This document shows positions 9,189-16,136 of a DNA stretch of 64,000 nucleotides, one piece after another (within the stretch, counting starts at the first letter, position 1; each line of letters begins with the position of its first letter). This DNA is from Clostridia bacterium. Its GTDB lineage: Bacteria > Bacillota > Clostridia > Christensenellales > CAAEEZ01. Both the position numbers and the translations under genes were made by a program. Under the pieces are notes generated by a model. That model ran no database searches. It was not told the DNA's origin and saw nothing but the letters and a program-made list of their open reading frames with translations. The stretch lies in assembly GCA_900755035.1 (NCBI GenBank), contig CAAEEZ010000017.1, positions 260,887-324,886 on the forward strand, given 5' to 3'.

Positions 9189-12100
9189 GCCTTTTTAACG
9201 CTCAATACAACTTCGTTGTCGTTGATGTTCCACTCCTTCGTAAAGCCGTCTAGTTCGCTAACTACCTTGTCTGCTAGTACGTCTTGTCTAATACTTTCGT
9301 CGCTAGCGATAATTTCAGCAACCTTTCCACTTGCTTTATAGCCAAGAACGATATGGTCTACTACTTCAAGACCTGCATCTTTTCTCATAGTTTGAACCTT
9401 GGATACGATTTCTCTTGCAATACCTTCGTTTACAAGTTCCTCGGTTAGATTCGTATCAAGTATTACGGTAAAGTTGCCGTTTTGAGTAGCAACGAATCCT
9501 TCCTTATTCTTAACGCTAATTAGTAAGTCGTTTAGTTCTAGGTCAACTTGTTTTCCGTCGATTTCACAAGTAAAGGTTTCACCTGCTTTTACGGTATTTA
9601 CCACCTTCAAGGTGTCGCAAGTTGCAAGGTATTCTCTAATCGAATTGATTAGTTTGCCGTACTTAGGACCTAAGGTTTTTAGTTGAGGCTTCAATTCGTA
9701 GTCGATAAACATAGTATCGTCTTCTACGTTAACCACTTCTTTTACGTTGATTTCCTCGGCTATAATGCTTAGTACTTCCTTGTCGTCCTTAGCATCGTCA
9801 GTCTTTATGAACATAGTTTTAAGTGGTTGCCTATTCTTGATATTTGCGCTGTTTCTGCTTGCTCTTGCTAGGTTTACAACTTCAAGGATATATTCCATAT
9901 CCTCTTCAAGTTTCTCGTCTATCATAGATAGGTCAGCCTCTGGGTATTTGCATAGATGTACGCTCATAGGCTCGTCCTTAAAGAAGTTAGCAACTAAGTT
10001 TTGGTAGATGCTCTCAGCCATAAACGGAGTAAACGGTGCAAGTAACTTAGACAACGTAACAAGTACGGTATACAAGGTCATATAAGCGGAAATCTTGTCC
10101 TCGCTCATATCTTTGCCCCAATACCTATCTCTTGAACGACGTACGTACCAATTTGATAGTTCGTCAACGAAGTCTTGGATTTTTCTTGCGCACTCGGTAA
10201 TTTTGTAGTTTTCCAAATTCTCGTTTACGAATTTAACAAGAGAATTTAGTCCCGACAAAATCCATTTGTCCATCATACTGAATTTGCAATCTTTTAGGCT
10301 GTATTTAGATGGGTCGAACTTGTCGATTTCAGCGTACAATACGTAGAATGCGTAGGTGTTCCACAAAGTACCCATAAACTTTCTTTGGCACTCTGATACG
10401 TTTTCAGCAGAGAAACGGCTAGGTAGCCATGGCATACTTGCAGTGTAGAAATACCACCTTACAGCGTCTGCGCCTTGAACGTCTAGTACGCTCCACGGGT
10501 CTACAACGTTGCCCTTATGCTTACTCATTTTGATGCCGTCCTTGTCGTTTACGTGGCCAAGTACGATACAGTTTTCAAACGGCGATTTGTCAAATAACAA
10601 AGTTGAAACTGCAAGCAAGGTGTAGAACCAACCTCTAGTTTGGTCAACTGCCTCACTGATAAATTGAGCAGGGAATCTCTTCTCAAACTCTTCTTTGTTC
10701 TCGAACGGATAGTGGAATTGTGCAAAAGGCATAGAACCACTATCAAACCAGCAGTCTAGTACCTCAGGCGTTCTCTTCATCTCGCCACCACACTTATCGC
10801 ACTTAAAGGTTACTTGGTCAATGTACGGACGGTGAAGTTCTACGTCCCCACTTAAACCTGCAAGTTCTCTTAATTCTTTTCTAGAACCTACTACTTTTAT
10901 CTCGCCACAATCCGGACATACCCAAATAGGTAACGGAGTACCCCAATATCTTTCACGAGAGAAGCCCCAGTCGATAACGTTGTCTAGGAAGTTGCCCATA
11001 CGGCCCGTACCGATTGTAGGTGGAATCCAATTTACAGAAGAGTTATTTTTAAGTAGTTTTTCTCTTAAAGCGCTCATTTTGATAAACCACGAACTTCTTG
11101 CATAGTAAAGTAGTGGCGTATCGCATCTCCAACAATAAGGATAGCTGTGAGTAAACTCCACTTCCTTAAACATTAGTCCTTTTTCGTAAAGTTTATCTAT
11201 TACCATACGGTCGCCGTCTTTTACGAAAATACCTTTCATATCGTATACTTCGTCAGTGAAACGACCTCTTTCGTCTACGTATTGAACAAACGGTAAGTTG
11301 TATCTTCTACCTACTTGTGCGTCATCCTCACCAAATGCTGGTGCGCAGTGAACGATACCCGTACCATCGGTAAGCGTTACATAGTCGGCAACGGTTAGAT
11401 AGTAGCCGTTTGATGCAGTTTTCTCGTCGGCATAGTCAAATAATGGCTCGTACTTTCTTCTTTCAAAGTCCACGCCTTTTTTGGTGTAGATAACTTCGTA
11501 ATTTTCAAATATGGTGCTAGCAAGTGCTTCTGCAACGATATAATAGGTATCCTCTACCTTTACTTTTACGTAGTTCTCGTTAGGGTTCATAATCAAACAA
11601 ATGTTTGAAGGCAACGTCCAAGGAGTAGTCGTCCAAGCAAGATAGTAGGTATTTTCTTCGTCGGTAGCCTTAAATTTAACTATAACGGAAGTTTCTTTTA
11701 CGTCTTTGTAGCCTTGTGCAACTTCGTGAGAAGACAATGCAGTACCACAACGAGGGCAATAAGGCACGATTTTGTATCCTTTATAGATTAGTCCCTTGTC
11801 GTAAATAGTTTTTAGCGCCCACCATACCGATTCGATATAGTTGTTGTCGTAGGTAATATAAGGGTTTTCCATATCAGCCCAAAAGCCTACTCTGTCGCTC
11901 ATTTGCTCCCACTCGCCTTTATATTTCCAAACGCTCTCTTTACACTTTTGTATGAAAGGCTCTATTCCGTATTTTTCTATCTCTTGCTTTCCGTCTATGC
12001 CAAGAAGTTTTTCTACTTCTAATTCAACGGGCAAACCGTGAGTATCCCAACCTGCTTTACGTAGCACGTTGTATCCTTTCATCGTTTTATAACGAGGTAT

Positions 12101-12304
12101 TATATCCTTTATTACACGGGTTAATATATGACCAATATGTGGCTTACCGTTAGCCGTAGGTGGTCCGTCGTAAAACGTGAAGTAATCTTTGCTGTTCTCG
12201 TTTTCTTTTAGGCTTTTCTTAAAAACCTCGTTTTGCTTCCAAAAATCAAGAACCTCTTTTTCTCTGGAACAGAAATTCATATCTGTCGTAACTTTGTTGT
12301 ACAT
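9185..12304 (-). CDS. ileS: isoleucine--tRNA ligase (long, type-2-like, 1039 aa)
   Basis: HIGH motif (PHIGH), KMSKHKGN (KMSKS) and a CP1 editing region are present. Confidence 0.97.
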   Translation of the reverse strand: MYNKVTTDMNFCSREKEVLDFWKQNEVFKKSLKENENSKDYFTFYDGPPTANGKPHIGHILTRVIKDIIPRYKTMKGYNVLRKAGWDTHGLPVELEVEKLLGIDGKQEIEKYGIEPFIQKCKESVWKYKGEWEQMSDRVGFWADMENPYITYDNNYIESVWWALKTIYDKGLIYKGYKIVPYCPRCGTALSSHEVAQGYKDVKETSVIVKFKATDEENTYYLAWTTTPWTLPSNICLIMNPNENYVKVKVEDTYYIVAEALASTIFENYEVIYTKKGVDFERRKYEPLFDYADEKTASNGYYLTVADYVTLTDGTGIVHCAPAFGEDDAQVGRRYNLPFVQYVDERGRFTDEVYDMKGIFVKDGDRMVIDKLYEKGLMFKEVEFTHSYPYCWRCDTPLLYYARSSWFIKMSALREKLLKNNSSVNWIPPTIGTGRMGNFLDNVIDWGFSRERYWGTPLPIWVCPDCGEIKVVGSRKELRELAGLSGDVELHRPYIDQVTFKCDKCGGEMKRTPEVLDCWFDSGSMPFAQFHYPFENKEEFEKRFPAQFISEAVDQTRGWFYTLLAVSTLLFDKSPFENCIVLGHVNDKDGIKMSKHKGNVVDPWSVLDVQGADAVRWYFYTASMPWLPSRFSAENVSECQRKFMGTLWNTYAFYVLYAEIDKFDPSKYSLKDCKFSMMDKWILSGLNSLVKFVNENLENYKITECARKIQDFVDELSNWYVRRSRDRYWGKDMSEDKISAYMTLYTVLVTLSKLLAPFTPFMAESIYQNLVANFFKDEPMSVHLCKYPEADLSMIDEKLEEDMEYILEVVNLARASRNSANIKNRQPLKTMFIKTDDAKDDKEVLSIIAEEINVKEVVNVEDDTMFIDYELKPQLKTLGPKYGKLINSIREYLATCDTLKVVNTVKAGETFTCEIDGKQVDLELNDLLISVKNKEGFVATQNGNFTVILDTNLTEELVNEGIAREIVSKVQTMRKDAGLEVVDHIVLGYKASGKVAEIIASDESIRQDVLADKVVSELDGFTKEWNINDNEVVLSVKKA

Positions 12305-12340
12305 TTTTACCTCTCATAATAATATTATATATACTATTCT

Positions 12341-12369
12341 ATTATAAATTTAGCGGGCGTTTTTGTCAA
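12341..12369 (-). promoter_or_regulatory. ileS promoter: TTGACA-17 nt-TATAAT
   Basis: The -35 is the reverse complement of 12364-12369 and the -10 of 12341-12346, with an exact 17-nt spacer. That leaves about 30 nt of 5' UTR before GAGAGG-ATG. Confidence 0.65.
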
Positions 12370-12400
12370 ACAGTATAGTACAATAAACATACTAATAAAT

Positions 12401-12427
12401 AAAAAAACTAGCCGACAAATCGGCTAG
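12401..12427 (-). terminator. rho-independent terminator
   Basis: The stem is ctagccg / cggctag with loop atttgt, followed by T7 on the minus strand. Confidence 0.8.
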
Positions 12428-12433
12428 AAACTA

Positions 12434-12541
12434 TTATTTTTTCTTTACTACCACCTTGATAGGCTCTTCATCTTTAAGCGACATTATCATACGGCTTTTC
12501 GGCGTACCCTTCATACCCTCTTTTTTATTTTTCTTTTTCAT
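12434..12541 (-). CDS. 35-aa Lys-rich micro-ORF (MKKKNKKEGMKGTPKSRMIMSLKDEEPIKVVVKKK)
   Basis: It is not in the ORF track because it is too short. GGAGGA lies 4 nt before the ATG, the stop is TAA, and a strong terminator follows 7 nt later. No family recognised. Confidence 0.35.
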   Translation of the reverse strand: MKKKNKKEGMKGTPKSRMIMSLKDEEPIKVVVKKK

Positions 12542-12585
12542 AATTTCCTCCTATATTAAGATAGGCAAAAAATTAAATTTTATTC

Positions 12586-12772
12586 AAAAAAAGAAAACTC
12601 CACGAGTACCGTTGGTACTAGTTATTAACCTGCAAATAGCAGGTGGGCAAGCTATCGTAACCGCTATCTTCCACCGATAAAAGCGTGGCCTGATATATGG
12701 CTAGGAAAATCGCAATCCCTTATAAAAACTGTGGTTATATAAATAGTACCTCTCGTATACCGTCGAGCCTAT
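12586..12772 (-). ncRNA. candidate structured RNA, unclassified (rod-like, about 185 nt)
   Basis: Nested complementary segments: 12733-12750 with 12614-12630 (16 bp), 12717-12719 with 12645-12647, 12699-12703 with 12658-12662 (contains a G-U valid only on the minus strand), and 12685-12688 with 12671-12674. The region ends in UUUUCUUUUUUU and has a promoter-like element upstream. Confidence 0.4.
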
Positions 12773-12778
12773 ACTTTA

Positions 12779-12807
12779 TTTTTAGCACTATTTTAACGAT
12801 TATGCAA
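12779..12807 (-). promoter_or_regulatory. putative promoter of the RNA candidate
   Basis: On the minus strand it reads TTGCAT, a 17-nt spacer, then TGcTAAAAA (extended -10). Confidence 0.4.
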
Positions 12808-12867
12808 TATATTTACCTAAAAAAATTGCTAAATTACAAAAATTTATAAAATTTATCATATATTCGT

Positions 12868-12895
12868 TTGTAATTTATTTATTTTATGTTATAAT
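12868..12895 (+). promoter_or_regulatory. tRNA-Thr promoter
   Basis: It reads TTGTAA, a 16-nt spacer, then TGtTATAAT (extended -10). The predicted start is about 3 nt before the mature tRNA 5' end. Confidence 0.55.
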
Positions 12896-12904
12896 CATAT
12901 CGTT

Positions 12905-12980
12905 GCTGATATGGCTCAGTCGGTAGAGCGGTTCACTCGTAATGAACAGGTCGCCAGTTCGAATCTGGCTATCAGCTCCA
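12905..12980 (+). tRNA. tRNA-Thr (anticodon CGT)
   Basis: A 76-nt cloverleaf can be drawn by hand: acceptor GCTGATA/TATCAGC, D stem GCTC/GAGC, anticodon stem GTTCA/TGAAC with loop CTCGTAA, T stem GCCAG/CTGGC with TTCGAAT, and encoded CCA. Confidence 0.92.
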
Positions 12981-12981
12981 C

Positions 12982-13009
12982 AACCGCTACGTATTGTAGC
13001 GGTTTTTTT
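12982..13009 (+). terminator. rho-independent terminator after the tRNA
   Basis: The stem is aaccgctac / gtagcggtt with loop gtatt, followed by a T7 run. Confidence 0.8.
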
Positions 13010-13044
13010 ATTGCATATTATTCCATTTTTTAGAATAATTCATT

Positions 13045-13066
13045 AAAAAAAAAGCGTAATATACGC
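13045..13066 (-). terminator. terminator of the amino-acid ABC operon
   Basis: The stem is gcgta / tacgc, followed by T9 on the minus strand. Confidence 0.5.
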
Positions 13067-13094
13067 CTTTTATATTTTTGATTAGTATTATAAA

Positions 13095-13967
13095 TTATAT
13101 TTCTTCAAAAGATTTTTTCAAGAAGTTTTGTAGTTTTTCGCTCTTTGGATTGTTAAATATCTCATCAGGCGAATCCATCTCCTCTATTACTCCGTCCGCC
13201 ATAAACATTACCTTGTCCGAAACGTTTTTAGCAAATTCCATTTCGTGCGTAACTACAATCATAGTTCTACCGCTTGTTTTTAGCCCTTTTATTACTTTTA
13301 GTACTTCACCCGTAAGTTCAGGGTCTAATGCAGACGTCGGCTCGTCAAAACAAAGTATTTTTGGGTTTAGCGCAAGTGCCCTTGCTATTGCCACCCTTTG
13401 TTGCTGTCCACCAGAAAGTTGGTGCGGGTAGAACCCTTTTCTTTCGCTTAGTCCAACCTGCTCTAACAGATTATTTACAACTTCGTCAACGCTTTTATCA
13501 AGGTCGTCCTTATAAGCTTTCACTTTCTCGGCGTTTGCCTTTTTAGTGTCTTTTTTGTTTTCATTACTTGCGCCCTTTAACTCTTCTTTTAACTTCGCCT
13601 TGTATTTTTTTACGTTTTCCTTGTTTTGAAATTTTAAGGCAAGCGCAACGTTTTGGCTAGCCGTATACTGTGGGAACAAATTAAACGACTGAAAAACTAG
13701 CCCGAAGTTTAGCCTTTTTTTGCGTAGTTCGTCGTCCTTGTATTTCTTTTCGTTTTTACCCTCGAATATTAGTTCGTCAGCAACTTTTATAGTGCCTTCG
13801 TCGGCAATTTCCAAAAAGTTCAAACAACGTAGCAAAGTGGTTTTACCACTACCCGAAGAGCCGATAATAGACAAAACTTCACCTTTTTCAAGGTCGAAAG
13901 ATATGCCCTTTAATATCTCGTTTTCACCAAATTTTTTCTTTATATTTCTTACTTCTAATAACGCCAT
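13095..13967 (-). CDS. polar amino-acid ABC ATP-binding protein with a Lys-rich insertion
   Basis: Walker A is GSSGSGKTT, the signature is LSGGQQQRVAIARAL and Walker B is ILCFDEPTSALD. It is 290 aa against about 240-250 for typical GlnQ-type proteins. Confidence 0.9.
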   Translation of the reverse strand: MALLEVRNIKKKFGENEILKGISFDLEKGEVLSIIGSSGSGKTTLLRCLNFLEIADEGTIKVADELIFEGKNEKKYKDDELRKKRLNFGLVFQSFNLFPQYTASQNVALALKFQNKENVKKYKAKLKEELKGASNENKKDTKKANAEKVKAYKDDLDKSVDEVVNNLLEQVGLSERKGFYPHQLSGGQQQRVAIARALALNPKILCFDEPTSALDPELTGEVLKVIKGLKTSGRTMIVVTHEMEFAKNVSDKVMFMADGVIEEMDSPDEIFNNPKSEKLQNFLKKSFEEI

Positions 13968-13975
13968 AATTACCT

Positions 13976-14653
13976 CTAATTAAAGTATGAAAGCCTTTTT
14001 TCAAGCCAATTAAATAGTAAAGTTAGTAGCCCTACGAAAGCCAAATAAAATACGCCAACGTAGAAAATAGGCCAAACCTCTACTAAGCGATTAACGGCAT
14101 CTTCCGCCACCATAATAAGTTCCATAATACCTAATACCCTAGCAAGCGAAGTATCCTTTACAAGCGTGATTATCTCGTTACTCATAGGTGGTATTATACG
14201 CTTGATTACTTGCAACAAAACTACCCTAAAGAATATTTGAGTTTTGGTCATTCCAAGCACTTGACCTGCCTCATATTGTCCTTTATTTATCGACTGAATA
14301 CCTCCACGATAAATTTCACTAAAATATGCTGCGTAATTTAATACGAAAGCAACCGCTACGTATATAAAATTCAGTTGCGTTATGGATACGTTTAACGCCT
14401 CCGCCAGTTTCATATTAGGCACTTTGAATATGTAGTTAGGAACGAACGTAATTACCACGATTTGTAAAATTAATGGTGTTCCCCTAAATATCCAAACTAT
14501 AGTTTTTGAAATAAAACTTAGTGGCTTAAATTTGCTTGCCGAACAAAAAGATACAAGCAAACCAAGTGGTAATGCCATCACTAGCGTGATGGCAAATAAT
14601 AGTAACGTTGTACCAAATCCTGAAAATAAATCCTGTGTTACTTGTGCAAACAT
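13976..14653 (-). CDS. polar amino-acid ABC permease (His/Glu/Gln/Arg/opine family)
   Basis: It is 225 aa with 5 TM helices and an EAA-like loop (EIYRGGIQSINKGQYEAGQVLGM). Confidence 0.88.
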   Translation of the reverse strand: MFAQVTQDLFSGFGTTLLLFAITLVMALPLGLLVSFCSASKFKPLSFISKTIVWIFRGTPLILQIVVITFVPNYIFKVPNMKLAEALNVSITQLNFIYVAVAFVLNYAAYFSEIYRGGIQSINKGQYEAGQVLGMTKTQIFFRVVLLQVIKRIIPPMSNEIITLVKDTSLARVLGIMELIMVAEDAVNRLVEVWPIFYVGVFYLAFVGLLTLLFNWLEKRLSYFN

Positions 14654-14657
14654 ATTA

Positions 14658-15539
14658 TTATCCTAACAAAGCGTCTGCTGCCGAACCTCTTTCAACTGCA
14701 ACTATAGCGTTTTTGCTATTTTTCAAGAAGTCGGTAATCGTAGCATATTTATTGTAATCGTCTGCTTTTACAATTGCTACTTGTGCATTATTCATATATG
14801 GAATAGATACTTCCATTTTCTCAAGTCTATTAGCATCAATCGTCATACCATTCCAAACTAGGTCGATACTACCATTTTCTAACATAGTTTCCTTTTGACT
14901 CCAATTAATAACAGTTGCTTCTAAAACGATTGCATTTTCCCCGGTAAGAGAATATTTTGTATTCCAGTATTCAACAACTTTTCTAGCAAGTTCAATATCA
15001 AAACCAGTTAATTTTCCGCCTTTGTTGTATGCGATAGGCTCGAACAAAGTGTAACCTATTATTAACTTTTTCTTGCTTTTTACGTTATCGAACGATTTAT
15101 CAGTAGGGTTTGTTATAGGGTTGCTTTGACCGCTGATACACAATTCACTCTTCAAATTAAAATCACTAGTAATTGCTACTTCATCAAGTTTTCCTTCGTT
15201 ATTTAACGTAATAAGAGCGTCGTTTAACTCGGAAATAAGTTGTTTATTGCCTTTCTTTGCGCCTATACCATATTTCTCTTCAGAAAATACAAAATCAAGT
15301 TTTTTATACTTTCCATCTTTGGTATATTGACCAGCCATAACTGAATCCATTACACCCATATTGCACGAGCCGTTTTCTAAGTTTGTAAGAATATCGGCTT
15401 GTTTATCTACCCTAAGAACTTCTTTTCCAAACAATAGCGAACTTGCATTGTTTGTGTTATTGTTACAAGCAGTTAAACCGAATACGGTAGTTACTGCAAG
15501 AGCAACAGTTGCTACTAATGCTAAAATCTTCTTTTTCAT
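14658..15539 (-). CDS. amino-acid ABC substrate-binding lipoprotein, apparently circularly permuted
   Basis: It has lipobox LTAC and family-3 solute-binding blocks, but in swapped order (see finding). Confidence 0.8.
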   Translation of the reverse strand: MKKKILALVATVALAVTTVFGLTACNNNTNNASSLLFGKEVLRVDKQADILTNLENGSCNMGVMDSVMAGQYTKDGKYKKLDFVFSEEKYGIGAKKGNKQLISELNDALITLNNEGKLDEVAITSDFNLKSELCISGQSNPITNPTDKSFDNVKSKKKLIIGYTLFEPIAYNKGGKLTGFDIELARKVVEYWNTKYSLTGENAIVLEATVINWSQKETMLENGSIDLVWNGMTIDANRLEKMEVSIPYMNNAQVAIVKADDYNKYATITDFLKNSKNAIVAVERGSAADALLG

Positions 15540-15543
15540 AATT

Positions 15544-15828
15544 CTAATCTTCCTTATTTTTCAAAAATTTTTGATACCCTTGTCCGTACTGAACACATTT
15601 ACTTACCCTGCTAAGCGTTGCGGACGAGATTTCGGTTTTTTGGATTACTTCGCTATAAGTTTTACCTTCTATCAAAAGTTCAGCCGCCTCTACTCTCTCT
15701 GCCATCTTTTCTATTTCTTGGATTGTGCACAAATCTTCAAATAGCATTCGGCAATCTTCCACACTGTTTAGCTTTAAGATAATTTCGTATAAATGGTCTA
15801 TTTTGTCCTCAGATATTTTTGTTTTCAT
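15544..15828 (-). CDS. YerC/YecD-type TrpR-related regulator
   Basis: It is 94 aa with an HTH-like stretch TYSEVIQKTEISSATLSRVSKCV. It is the first gene of the ABC operon. Confidence 0.7.
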   Translation of the reverse strand: MKTKISEDKIDHLYEIILKLNSVEDCRMLFEDLCTIQEIEKMAERVEAAELLIEGKTYSEVIQKTEISSATLSRVSKCVQYGQGYQKFLKNKED

Positions 15829-15856
15829 ATTTACCTCTTGATAATAAGATACTACA

Positions 15857-15888
15857 CTTTATCGATTTAGTCAACTAAATTGATAAAG
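15857..15888. promoter_or_regulatory. 14-bp-arm inverted repeat (candidate operator)
   Basis: The arms are ctttatcGatttag and ctaaattgataaag (13 of 14) separated by tcaa. The repeat is centred on a minus-strand TTGACT, 30-60 nt upstream of the yerC-like ATG. Confidence 0.45.
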
Positions 15889-16085
15889 TATTTTTTAATT
15901 TTTTTCAAAAATTTTTTTTATATAAATTATAGGCAAATGGCAACGCTATTTATAAAATTTATAAAGTGAAAATAGCATTATGAATTTTATCTAATAATAT
16001 AATTATATATAATAGTAAAATAACATTGTTATTACCTAGTTACGTAGAGGTAGGTTATTAGTTTCAAGTAGTTTCAAAAAGACAT

Positions 16086-16109
16086 AAAAAAAGCAGCCTA
16101 TACAGGCTG
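16086..16109 (-). terminator. rho-independent terminator
   Basis: The stem is cagcct / aggctg with loop atac, followed by T7 on the minus strand. Confidence 0.7.
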
Positions 16110-16136
16110 ACTTTATTTTTTTATATTTATTTACAA

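Noticed and set aside
12655-12710. SRP (4.5S) RNA domain IV resemblance: UCAGGCCAC...GUGGAAGAUAGC versus UCAGGUCCGGAAGGAAGCAGC.
   Set aside because: The apical loop is 10 nt rather than the conserved GNRA tetraloop, and the symmetric-loop nucleotides do not line up. I kept the region only as an unclassified RNA candidate.
12401-12800. Possible T-box leader for ileS: a GGUGGUA element (reverse complement of 12449-12455) upstream of a terminator.
   Set aside because: No Stem I, specifier-loop, AGAGA or AGUA features are present. No sequence can pair with the terminator 5' arm to form an antiterminator. A perfect sigma-70 promoter lies downstream of the terminator, directly in front of ileS. 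The GGUGGUA falls inside a well-formed micro-ORF.
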